Shown: in pieces, positions 38,309-47,322 of the stretch
Position numbering within the stretch: position 1 is the first letter of the stretch
Layout of the letters: every line of letters starts with the position of its first letter
Source: a virus
Strand: one strand, 5' to 3'
Length of the DNA: 64,000 bases
Virus record (IMG/VR): IMGVR_UViG_3300009155_000048
Coordinates: 1-64,000 of that record
Made by a program: the position numbers and the translations under genes
The notes under the pieces: generated by a model
Databases searched by the model: none
Seen by the model: the letters and a program-made list of their open reading frames with translations, nothing else
What the model was told of the DNA's origin: nothing

Positions 38309-38992
38309 TTACCACCAAAGCCAATTTGCGCTCTTGTAATTATCTACAAATTCTACATCTTTATCTTTATATAAAATATTATGTAAAGTTTGTTTTGATT
38401 TTGCTCTTTGAGAACGATTCAAAGTTTTTCTAAAGTGTTTAGGAGCATTGTGATAATTTCTTTTCTCATCATAAAAATTATGAAGAAGTTTAGATTCTAA
38501 TTCAGATTCCTCTTGTTGAAGAATTTCATCAATTAACTTAACTTTAGTTCTATACTCTTTAACATAGGTAATATCCCAATAAAAACTAGGAACAGTACAA
38601 TAGTACCAAATGCCCCATCTACGGGTGTATGGGTCTTCTTTGAAGTGTTTTTGTACTTGAGAAGGAAGTAAATCATAAGCATATTGACTGATACTTGAAA
38701 TGTGTGGCTTGTGATAAATTGAAAAAGTCTTCTTTTTATCCCAGTCAAATAACTCAATTCTACGAGCAAATGAAGTAGTACCAAAGTTATCACAGATAGT
38801 CCAAAAAACCCAATCATCTTGACGGTTTTGGATATCTTGACGTGGTTCAAGTTTGGCAATATAACCAATAAATTCTGGTTCTGGAAGTTCTATCCATCCA
38901 AGGTTACGTTGTGCGTTTCTATTTTCGAGCAACTCTTTTTTAAGGCGAAGGTATTCCTTCTCTTTAAGAAATTGTTTATTTCTCTTTTTCAT
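38309..38992 (-). CDS. Hypothetical protein
   Basis: 227-aa ORF ending NWLWW. Confidence 0.6.
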   Translation of the reverse strand: MKKRNKQFLKEKEYLRLKKELLENRNAQRNLGWIELPEPEFIGYIAKLEPRQDIQNRQDDWVFWTICDNFGTTSFARRIELFDWDKKKTFSIYHKPHISSISQYAYDLLPSQVQKHFKEDPYTRRWGIWYYCTVPSFYWDITYVKEYRTKVKLIDEILQQEESELESKLLHNFYDEKRNYHNAPKHFRKTLNRSQRAKSKQTLHNILYKDKDVEFVDNYKSANWLWW

Positions 38993-39062
38993 TATGTTTT
39001 GTTAGTTTTTTACTAACAAAACTTCAATTCCTTATTGTAGATATATTTTTTCATAATGTATT

Positions 39063-39092
39063 AAAAAACCCACTTAATTTTTAAGTGGGTTT
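39063..39092 (-). terminator. Terminator downstream of tmRNA
   Basis: AAACCCACTTAA...TTAAGTGGGTTT. Confidence 0.75.
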
Positions 39093-39098
39093 GATTTG

Positions 39099-39451
39099 TG
39101 GAGGTGTCGGTGACGAAACCGAGTCTTCCTTAGTTAACGCAAATTATTCATTCACAGGCTTAGAGAATTTTTCTAAATTCTTCAAAATATAAATTTTTAT
39201 TTTTACGAGTTTCAAACTTAAACTTTCTCGGAACTTTTACAGAGTTCTTACTGTTGGAAACCTATTAAGCTAATACAGCTACTTCGTTTGCCTTTAAGAT
39301 GTTGTTGCGTAGAGCAAATACTAAATCTTCTTTGCCTGCTACTTCAGTTGTTTTGCCGTTTAAAGCGTTTGATACCGTGATTTAATCGGTTAGATATCAT
39401 CCGATGCCTGCATAATTAACCTTACCCTACGAATCAATACTAATCACCCCC
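39099..39451 (-). ncRNA. ssrA: tmRNA; tag ORF 39357-39265 encodes (A)GKTTEVAGKEDLVFALRNNILKANEVAVLA
   Basis: 5' GGGGGTG pairs with 3' CACCTCC-A including G3.U70; T-arm; TAAAC-GGC resume context; double stop TAA TAG. Confidence 0.9.
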
Positions 39452-39519
39452 GTGTTAATTACTTTTACAAAGATATATATAATATCCTAAAAATCAAAAA
39501 AAGTTTAATTTTTTAAAAA

Positions 39520-40035
39520 TTAAAATGGAACATCATCTTTCTTAAATGAACCACTCTTTTTACTATCATAGTAAAAATCAACAGTTAATAATGGATGACC
39601 TTCTTTAGTTTCCCATAAATCCATTTCGGATTCATATTGAATAAGTGTATCAGTTGTTAACTTCTTCAAAAAACCCATAATTTTCATTAATTTATTAAAT
39701 CTCTCAGTTTTGTTCAAAACAAACTGAATACTTAAATCATAACCATCAGTAGTAACATAATAGTTTTCAATATTAGCTAACTTAATCATTTGTCTAATTA
39801 AAGATGCTAAATGTTCTAAAACATCATCGGATGTTGGATCATTGTCTCTACGATCGTAGTCTTCTTCATCTTCGTCATCATAATCATCATCATAGGGGTC
39901 ATCATACATAGATTCTTCATCTTCACCACCATAGTATTCACTATCACCAAAATCAGAGCTATCTGATGTATTATCAAATTCATCCTCTTCTCCGCGTTCT
40001 TCATTTAGAAGTTCTTTATAGTTTTTTAGTTTCAT
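39520..40035 (-). CDS. Acidic hypothetical protein with capsid-targeting-like N-terminus
   Basis: MKLKNYKELLNEE; D/E-rich. Confidence 0.6.
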   Translation of the reverse strand: MKLKNYKELLNEERGEEDEFDNTSDSSDFGDSEYYGGEDEESMYDDPYDDDYDDEDEEDYDRRDNDPTSDDVLEHLASLIRQMIKLANIENYYVTTDGYDLSIQFVLNKTERFNKLMKIMGFLKKLTTDTLIQYESEMDLWETKEGHPLLTVDFYYDSKKSGSFKKDDVPF

Positions 40036-41678
40036 TATTCAAGTTCTATTTTTATATGATCATCGTAGAATTTAATATCTGGATCTAATTTATATGTAGT
40101 AAACAATTGTTGTAATTGTGTTAAGTCTTTATAGAAGTGATTAATATCATTATCATTTATTTCTAAATCAATAACTAATTTACCATTCTCACCTTTTATA
40201 CTATCAACATTATAGAAAATTGATTTCTTAAATTGCTTGATTAATCTATTATACTTTCTAGCAATTGCATCATCAAATCCGATCTTTCTTTTAACCTCTA
40301 ATTTATCCCAATTAGCTGCAACACAAGCTTGAGCCAATCTTTCTAAATAAGTAATATTTTGCAATTCATCATGTGTGTGTTCATTAAAATAACCAACCGA
40401 TACGTTAGTACACTCTCCAATCATATCAATAAAATTAGCAGAATCCGTAAATACACCAGTTGGATCTAAATTTAATTTCAATCCACTTTTATTTAATTCT
40501 TTACAAAGAGACTCTGCAAATTCATTAGAACAACAAGGAATACCCATCTGTGATGTGATTACCGAATAGTAATTTCTTCTATCAAAAGATACCATTTTCT
40601 TAATATCCTTCATAAATTCATACGAATCATAGTCCATTGCAACTTTACCAGAACCAACACCACCTCTTTCTTCACCATAGAAGAACCAATATACACCGGG
40701 TATTTGTTTATCAATCATATACATAAGAATAGCAACTCCTGATTTATCATCAGCTCCTAAGATAGAAGTACCATCCGTCATTATAAAATCTTGACCATCT
40801 TTTTTATATCCAACTAATCCAACTTTATCTTTTGTTCTAGAAGCAGTATCTAGGTGACAAGTAAAAGCGGTATCGGAGTTACCAATTATTGTGTAATAAT
40901 TACCATATTTATCTCTTGTTAATCCAGGTGTTATAAAAGGAACAACTTCTTCCTCATGTCCCATCGGATAAGTTTCGGTAACAAGTGAAATAAATGTTTC
41001 TCTAACATTACTTGGTTCGTACTTAAACTCTCTTGGTGTAATTAGGTTACCAACTTTAGACTCTTTACCCGATATTTTGCCAATAATTTTATTATAAGAT
41101 TGTGTAAATTTAAAAATTTGGTCTTGTGTAAACTTTTCTTTGAAGAAGTATCTAATAAACTGAGCCACTTTAATTTGACCAGGTTTAGATCCGGTCTTAA
41201 TATCAAAATACCATTCTTTATCCGAAATGTCTAATTCTGTAATACCCATTACATTTTTAATATCTGGGTTAGAATCCAAAGAGTATAAATCCCAAACAAT
41301 ATCACTACCAGGTCTTATCTTATCTAACATTTGCCAGAAATCATCAGTGAACTTAATTAAAGTTGGACCACTTTGTTGCTCTATTTGTTGGTTTTTGTAA
41401 AATCCCATTTCCTTTTTTGTTTCCTTTTTATTAGCCTTTTCATTGAAGATGTGTACAAATGCTTCTAAATCATCTTCATTCACATAATCATTTCCTAAAA
41501 CTTGCTTTAATAAATCAGAAGTCATATTTTCTTTTCCCAAAGTCACTCTTTGTGAAGAAGGAACATCACTTCTATTCATTGAAGCTTGAAGACCGTTTAT
41601 TATTTTTCTAAAGAAATGTGAATATCCCATTTCATCAAAAATATCTAATGCTCCTTTAGTCAAATAAACTGCCTTCAC
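40035..41678 (-). CDS. M28/M20-like zinc peptidase with N-terminal extension
   Basis: FTCHLDT, LGADDKSG, GEERG, SFDRR, FTDSA, NEHT. Confidence 0.8.
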   Translation of the reverse strand: MKAVYLTKGALDIFDEMGYSHFFRKIINGLQASMNRSDVPSSQRVTLGKENMTSDLLKQVLGNDYVNEDDLEAFVHIFNEKANKKETKKEMGFYKNQQIEQQSGPTLIKFTDDFWQMLDKIRPGSDIVWDLYSLDSNPDIKNVMGITELDISDKEWYFDIKTGSKPGQIKVAQFIRYFFKEKFTQDQIFKFTQSYNKIIGKISGKESKVGNLITPREFKYEPSNVRETFISLVTETYPMGHEEEVVPFITPGLTRDKYGNYYTIIGNSDTAFTCHLDTASRTKDKVGLVGYKKDGQDFIMTDGTSILGADDKSGVAILMYMIDKQIPGVYWFFYGEERGGVGSGKVAMDYDSYEFMKDIKKMVSFDRRNYYSVITSQMGIPCCSNEFAESLCKELNKSGLKLNLDPTGVFTDSANFIDMIGECTNVSVGYFNEHTHDELQNITYLERLAQACVAANWDKLEVKRKIGFDDAIARKYNRLIKQFKKSIFYNVDSIKGENGKLVIDLEINDNDINHFYKDLTQLQQLFTTYKLDPDIKFYDDHIKIELE

Positions 41679-41687
41679 TTGTATATA

Positions 41688-42080
41688 TTATTTTTTAGAT
41701 ACGGTTATTTCATAAGCATTGTTATAATCAACCTTAACTTGTCCAGGATTCATACCTTGTTCTTTTTTAACAAACTTCTTTTTACAGTAAACAATAAGAA
41801 CATCTTCTTTATCCGACTTAGAATTCTTAGCAGATATTTGTGCTACCTTTTTAATAACTTCTTTTGTTGGTATCATATCTTTAACTTTAATTAAAACATG
41901 GCTTCCAGGAACACCTTTGGCATGAAACCAGTAATCCTCATCTGATGATAATTCAAATGTTACATAATCATTAGACTTAGCATCTTTACCTTGATAAACA
42001 ATAAACCCATCAACATCTAATTTCTTATAGTTTGGTTTATCTAATTTCTTAGACTCATTAAAATTCTTTAAGTATTTCAT
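41688..42080 (-). CDS. Stand-alone NFACT-R (RqcH/FbpA C-terminal, DUF814) domain protein
   Basis: GKDAKSNDYVT...DYWFHAKGVPGSHVLI...YCKKKFVKK..G..PGQV. Confidence 0.88.
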   Translation of the reverse strand: MKYLKNFNESKKLDKPNYKKLDVDGFIVYQGKDAKSNDYVTFELSSDEDYWFHAKGVPGSHVLIKVKDMIPTKEVIKKVAQISAKNSKSDKEDVLIVYCKKKFVKKEQGMNPGQVKVDYNNAYEITVSKK

Positions 42081-42169
42081 TTGTTTATGACTTTATTTAA
42101 ATATGATAATCCGTTATCCTCAATGTCCCTGGATAACTCATCAATTTTTTTGATTTTGGCGTTCTTCAT
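42077..42169 (-). CDS. Possible 30-aa peptide
   Basis: MKNAKIKKIDELSRDIEDNGLSYLNKVINK*, after TAATATATA, ATGA-coupled to NFACT-R gene. Confidence 0.4.
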   Translation of the reverse strand: MKNAKIKKIDELSRDIEDNGLSYLNKVINK

Positions 42170-42243
42170 ATTTTATATATATTAAATTGAAGGACAATAA
42201 AAGTTACTTAAAAACAAAAATTTAACTTTCAACTATAAAGCTT

Positions 42244-43554
42244 ATGTCTAAACTAATGAAACTTAACGAAATTCAAGACGAGTCTGTATTAAATGATATC
42301 TTTAATAATGAGATAATAATATTTGAAGATATACAAGGTAGTAAAATATATGTAAACTGGAATGGTTCCAATTTTACAATTAAATCAAAATCATTATCAT
42401 CGGATCCTATCAATATGATTGATTTAGCTATGCAAAATTATTATAATAATGCTATTAGTTTTTTTAATAATCTTGATAACAGAGTTAAAGGATTGATTAA
42501 TAAAAAATGGTGGTTTTGTTTTGAATTTTTCCCAGATAATCAACCAGCAAATATTGAATACAATAGAGTTCCTAAAAATAATTTAGTCTTAACTTCTATC
42601 TACAAAGGTAACAAATTTGATTATACCATTGATGAATTAGAAGAATATGCTAGATTACTTGATGTTGATGTAATTCCGGTAATTTTCAAAGGCAAACTAA
42701 ATGAAAAAGTTATAGAAGCAATTAAATATTTCTTAAACACAAGTGAGTCAGACTTAGAATATGTATTTGGCGAGAAGTCATTTTCTTACTTCTTCTATAA
42801 AATATTAAGTCCACAAACTCAAAATTCATTTTTGATGAATGAAGACTTTCAAAAAAATGTTGAGAAGTTAATAATAAGAATTGATGGTAAAGATGTATCA
42901 TTTGAAATTTTGAATCCATTATATAAAAGAATATCGGACACAAACTCAACAGACTTTGTTGAAATTTACACACTTATATTAGTTAATTTCTTGAATTTCT
43001 GTCAATCAATAGACTTTAATCAAATTAAAGTAAAGGGAAATAAAAGAGATGAAGTTTATATCTATTTAATTTGTAAGTTATTCAATATGTACTTATCGGA
43101 AGTAAAAGATGATATTGCTAATTTTCAATTTACTGTACCCGAATTCTTTGATAAAGATAAATTTAGAATTAACACAGAGTTGATTCCAAATAAAATGACT
43201 AAACAATTCATTTCAGAGGATAAAAAGTTTGAATATATTTTCAAAGTAATTTTAGGTAGTTTCAATAAGAAGAGAAAGAAACCAATTGGCGTATTCACAG
43301 AAGGAACAATTAACATATTTAACAATTTTGTACAAATGATACAAGAAAAAATTGATGAATTCTTTAACAAAAAAAGTGAGATTGAATTAACCAGAAGTGG
43401 ACTAATTGACTTCTCACAATGGTTTGATGTTAAATATGATGTGGATGCGGAAGAAAATGTTTATCCAGATGTATATACCGAATTAGAAAAAGGTAAGGAA
43501 AAAGATAAAAAAGGAACAAAGGGTGGAAAGTTTGGAGAATATGAAAAGAAATAA
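42244..43554 (+). CDS. RNA-ligase (Rnl2)-like fold protein lacking the motif I lysine
   Basis: FEDIQGS (motif I-like), FCFEFF, LLDVDVIPVIFKG, VEKLIIR. Confidence 0.55.
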   Translation: MSKLMKLNEIQDESVLNDIFNNEIIIFEDIQGSKIYVNWNGSNFTIKSKSLSSDPINMIDLAMQNYYNNAISFFNNLDNRVKGLINKKWWFCFEFFPDNQPANIEYNRVPKNNLVLTSIYKGNKFDYTIDELEEYARLLDVDVIPVIFKGKLNEKVIEAIKYFLNTSESDLEYVFGEKSFSYFFYKILSPQTQNSFLMNEDFQKNVEKLIIRIDGKDVSFEILNPLYKRISDTNSTDFVEIYTLILVNFLNFCQSIDFNQIKVKGNKRDEVYIYLICKLFNMYLSEVKDDIANFQFTVPEFFDKDKFRINTELIPNKMTKQFISEDKKFEYIFKVILGSFNKKRKKPIGVFTEGTINIFNNFVQMIQEKIDEFFNKKSEIELTRSGLIDFSQWFDVKYDVDAEENVYPDVYTELEKGKEKDKKGTKGGKFGEYEKK

Positions 43555-43714
43555 TATAGGTGGAGTATTTAAGGTTAATGCAACGGTAACAAAAACTATG
43601 ATTGAAGACTTAGAGAAACAACACGGGATTGATTTAGTCCAAAGATTGGAGAGTTTACTTGTTTTATTAACAGTTAGAAGACACCGAATTGAAAAAATAT
43701 TATCTAAAATTTAA
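43541..43714 (+). CDS. Mini-protein: major-capsid spine-helix fragment plus RRHRIEKILSKI tail
   Basis: 13/32 ungapped identities to MCP IEVSSALRRTEIEDIKANTGMDIVQKMESILV. Confidence 0.78.
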   Translation: MKRNNIGGVFKVNATVTKTMIEDLEKQHGIDLVQRLESLLVLLTVRRHRIEKILSKI

Positions 43715-43845
43715 TGCCATCTGCTCTTATATCAAAACCAAATAATTGGAGTATTTTATTGAAATATAAGAGAAGAGAAAAGTTGACTAAAATCTTAAAT
43801 AAAATATTAAAAACAATTTCGGTAAATTACATTATAATTGTATGA
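43714..43845 (+). CDS. Unannotated 43-aa peptide with RREKLTKIL motif
   Basis: TAATG and ATGA coupling on both sides; MPSALISKPNNWSILLKYKRREKLTKILNKIL... Confidence 0.55.
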   Translation: MPSALISKPNNWSILLKYKRREKLTKILNKILKTISVNYIIIV

Positions 43846-45065
43846 TCCAAGTAAAAGAGTATAAACCGAAATCTAAATACAACATAAGAAAAAAGTTAGA
43901 GTCAAAAAGATACAGTGTTCAATTTCTACCCGAACTTCTAATTCAAGAATCTCTTAATAAAAACTTCACATACAAAGAAACTAAGCTTAAAACAGCTTAT
44001 CTAATTGATATCACACACAATTTATTACTTAAATACTACTTCAAGAAAGATAACTTATTTAATCTATCATCAGTAGTTCTTAAAGAAAAATATGGTTATC
44101 TATATAACTATTATATGGACTATCTTGTTTCTAAAGACATTCTTAAACTAGTAAAAAATCACCAAAAAGGTAAAAATGCCAGAATCTATAAATTAAATGA
44201 AAAGATTATTAATGGTAAAATCACTCGATATAAAAATGAGGATTCAATCCTATTAAAGAAATACAAGAATGCTGTATCTTTAATTGAGAAACAAGATATA
44301 GACAGTAATACAATCAATCCAGATGTAAAGAGAAAATTAGTTGATGATTTATTTCATGTTCAAATTCAATTTGATAAGGCTATATTTTTCTTAGATTCAA
44401 CTCTACAAGATGTAGATATCTATAATAGAAATAAGTATAGTGTTGAATGTATAAATGATAAACACATATTCTATCACTTTGATAACTATGGCAGAATGCA
44501 CACAAATTTTACTATTTTAAAATCTTTTATTAGAAAAAATTGTCTTCTTATTAATGGAGAAGAAACCAGTGAAATTGATATCAAAAATAGTCAACCATTA
44601 TTTCTCTGTAAGTTAATAGAATCCGATGGTTTAATAATTGTCAATACTGATGAATTTGAACTTTTCAAATTTTTGACATATAATGGTAAGTTCTATCAAT
44701 ACTTAATGGATAATTCCAAGTATAGAGATAGAAAAAATGTTAAAGAAATGATTTATAAGGTTTTTTTTGGTAAGAACTTCAAAAGCAAAGGTGATGATTT
44801 ATTTAAATCATTATTTCCTACAATACATGAATTTATCAAAATCTACAAAAAAGAACATGGTGATTATAGAATTTTAGCACATGACCTTCAAAATTTAGAA
44901 AGCAATCTAATTTTTAACAAAATTGTAAAGGAGATCATGTATATATACCCTGAGGTAAATTTAATAACTATACATGATAGTATTATTTGTAATACAAAAT
45001 ATAGAGATGTGGTTGAAAAGATTTTCCACAAAAACTTAGAAAAAGAATTTCAAAAAATAATATAA
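43842..45065 (+). CDS. Small family-A-like polymerase-fold protein
   Basis: GRMHT, EIDIKNSQP (motif A-like), RKNVK...FFG (B-like), LQNLES, IHDS (C-like). Confidence 0.6.
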   Translation: MIQVKEYKPKSKYNIRKKLESKRYSVQFLPELLIQESLNKNFTYKETKLKTAYLIDITHNLLLKYYFKKDNLFNLSSVVLKEKYGYLYNYYMDYLVSKDILKLVKNHQKGKNARIYKLNEKIINGKITRYKNEDSILLKKYKNAVSLIEKQDIDSNTINPDVKRKLVDDLFHVQIQFDKAIFFLDSTLQDVDIYNRNKYSVECINDKHIFYHFDNYGRMHTNFTILKSFIRKNCLLINGEETSEIDIKNSQPLFLCKLIESDGLIIVNTDEFELFKFLTYNGKFYQYLMDNSKYRDRKNVKEMIYKVFFGKNFKSKGDDLFKSLFPTIHEFIKIYKKEHGDYRILAHDLQNLESNLIFNKIVKEIMYIYPEVNLITIHDSIICNTKYRDVVEKIFHKNLEKEFQKII

Positions 45066-45069
45066 TATA

Positions 45070-45240
45070 ATGAAAAACTACGGGTTATACACAAAAGAAA
45101 GAGGAGATAGAGTTGTTGAGATAATTAATAGAGTTCAAGCGGAAACACTTGAAGAAGCTATTATAATCTTTTCTAAAATAAAGAAACTTACTAAGAAAAA
45201 TATCATAGATATTTTTGACGTTAAAGAGATAACCAAATAA
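45070..45240 (+). CDS. Unannotated 56-aa hypothetical protein
   Basis: MKNYGLYTKERGDRVVEII... fills intergenic gap. Confidence 0.5.
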   Translation: MKNYGLYTKERGDRVVEIINRVQAETLEEAIIIFSKIKKLTKKNIIDIFDVKEITK

Positions 45241-45267
45241 GGTTATCTTTTTTAATATATACCTGAT

Positions 45268-45843
45268 ATGTTTAATCTATCAGATCCAAATATTTCCTAC
45301 TTACTCATATCACCAGAAAAAAGTGATAATCTACCTTCAGATAATAATTTAAATTGTGAGAAGGTTTGTAGTATTTTATACTCTAAAGATTATACCATAA
45401 TACCAGTAACCGGATATTATGAGAATAAATATGAAAAGTCTTTTATTGCAATAAGCTCTAATGATGATAATGATTCTCTAAGATTTGATGCGATTTATTT
45501 AATGGATAAATTTGACCAAGATGCTGTTATAGTTAAATATAAAGGCGATGAAATAGCAACAAAAGTAGAATCTACCGGAACAGAAAAACCAATGAGTGTT
45601 GCCATTTATGACTCCGACTTAAAAAATAAAACTTATCTATATAACGGTGTTTCTTTTTCATTTGTAGAAAAGAAAAGATACTTTTTCCCAAAGAAAAAAG
45701 AAGACCTAAAAAACGGAATGATTGTTGAGTTCTTTAATAATAATAAATGGATACAAAGACAAGTAATTAACATTGAATCGGAATATGAAAAAATGTTTAA
45801 ATTACTTATAAAATATGAGAAAATAAGAGTAGAATGTAAATAA
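45268..45843 (+). CDS. Hypothetical protein
   Basis: 191-aa ORF after TAATATATA. Confidence 0.6.
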   Translation: MFNLSDPNISYLLISPEKSDNLPSDNNLNCEKVCSILYSKDYTIIPVTGYYENKYEKSFIAISSNDDNDSLRFDAIYLMDKFDQDAVIVKYKGDEIATKVESTGTEKPMSVAIYDSDLKNKTYLYNGVSFSFVEKKRYFFPKKKEDLKNGMIVEFFNNNKWIQRQVINIESEYEKMFKLLIKYEKIRVECK

Positions 45844-45876
45844 AAAAGAGAGTTAAATTAATTTAACTCTCTTTTT
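45842..45876. terminator. Bidirectional terminator
   Basis: AAAAAGAGAGTTAAAT/ATTTAACTCTCTTTTT. Confidence 0.75.
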
Positions 45877-45879
45877 CTT

Positions 45880-46623
45880 TTATTGATATTTATTAATCAT
45901 TCCAATTTTTGGAACCATAATATTAATATGACCTTGTAATTTATTGACATCACCATCTTGATAGAAATCATAAATTTTTTTATTTCTTTCTTCAAGTGAA
46001 GTATCTAAGGGTTCCTTACTATGACCAAAGTGATACCCAGTAAACTCCATCTGTTTGTAGTTTAACATTTTCATTATTTTCATATCTTGAAATTTATTCT
46101 CATATCCAATTCCGATAAAATCTTCATTCCATCCACCAATTTTAAATATAGATTCTTTTTTGAAAAGAGATATACCATCAACCATGCTATTCTTAAACCC
46201 AGGTCTCTTAATATTCAAGATGTTATTTATATCAATAACAGATTCTTGTGGAGTTAAATTGATAATATTTGTAGTTGGAATAACACAATCACAATTATCC
46301 AAAGATTGTAATGAAGCAATTAAATCATTTGGGTTCATAATAAAATCAGCATCACCAAATATAACAACCGGCGACATCGCTCTTCTCAATCCAACATTGT
46401 AAGCCCAAGATTTATTAAATGGAACTTCACTCTCAATGAAAATATGAGAGGCTCTTAGATTTAGATTTTTAATTTTAGAATGTTTATCCTGTTCAACAAC
46501 AATAACATCCACACCTTGAAATCCAGAAAGCCAATCAATTACTCTTCTTAGAGAAATAATTCTATCAGGTCTATACTTAAATGGAATTATATATGTAAAC
46601 TTGGGGATATAAGTATTTTGCAT
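45880..46623 (-). CDS. GT-A fold glycosyltransferase (GT2/GT7-like)
   Basis: IIPFKY, VIVVEQ, FNKSWAYNVG, DAD, IGGWNEDFIGIGYE. Confidence 0.85.
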   Translation of the reverse strand: MQNTYIPKFTYIIPFKYRPDRIISLRRVIDWLSGFQGVDVIVVEQDKHSKIKNLNLRASHIFIESEVPFNKSWAYNVGLRRAMSPVVIFGDADFIMNPNDLIASLQSLDNCDCVIPTTNIINLTPQESVIDINNILNIKRPGFKNSMVDGISLFKKESIFKIGGWNEDFIGIGYENKFQDMKIMKMLNYKQMEFTGYHFGHSKEPLDTSLEERNKKIYDFYQDGDVNKLQGHINIMVPKIGMINKYQ

Positions 46624-46717
46624 GCAATTTTTTTATTTTTTATTTATATAATGATATTTGAATTTTGTTTGATATATTCAAATAAATAACCTATATTTGC
46701 TGTTTATATATAATTAT

Positions 46718-47278
46718 ATGATTGATTTATCCAAAGGACTAAGTTTATTTATATCAAATGATAACCAAATTGAACTATGTTTATCCAGTCTGACTAACTT
46801 TTTATCAGAAGAATACACAGTTTTAACTTTCTCTTTTGGCAAAGATAAATTTGGATTATCACCAACAGAAGATAACTTTAAAGAACAAGTTAAAAAGAAT
46901 CTCTTTAGAGTTGAAATGCTAGTAGTTCACCTTAACTATAAATTAAAGAATTATACTGACTTTTTCAATTTTTTAACAAGTTTAAATCTTATAGTCTTTA
47001 TAGTGACACCACGATCTAAATCAGATATTTTGTTAGATAACTCCGGTAGTTACATTAGAAACTTCTATGAGGTTAAAGATAATCCAGATTATTTAACATC
47101 AAGTCTTAAAAGGTTTTCAAATCTAACAATTACAAATATTGATTTGGATTCTTTACCCGATAAATATTTAATCAAAAATATTAATACTGATGAAGAGTTC
47201 ACAGTAAGTCAATATAAGAAATCTTATATTAGAGATAAGAAAATTGACATTTTTTTAGATGATAATGACCAGGATTAA
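46718..47278 (+). CDS. Hypothetical protein (possibly degenerate RecA/DnaB fold) with IRDKKIDIFL tail
   Basis: Tail motif clear; fold resemblance weak. Confidence 0.55.
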   Translation: MIDLSKGLSLFISNDNQIELCLSSLTNFLSEEYTVLTFSFGKDKFGLSPTEDNFKEQVKKNLFRVEMLVVHLNYKLKNYTDFFNFLTSLNLIVFIVTPRSKSDILLDNSGSYIRNFYEVKDNPDYLTSSLKRFSNLTITNIDLDSLPDKYLIKNINTDEEFTVSQYKKSYIRDKKIDIFLDDNDQD

Positions 47279-47322
47279 AAAATTATCCTTATCTTTGTTT
47301 TATATACATAACAATTCTATAA

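Noticed and set aside
39099-39130. tRNA gene
   Set aside because: The acceptor/T-arm pairs with a 5' end about 350 nt away and encloses a tag ORF; it is tmRNA.
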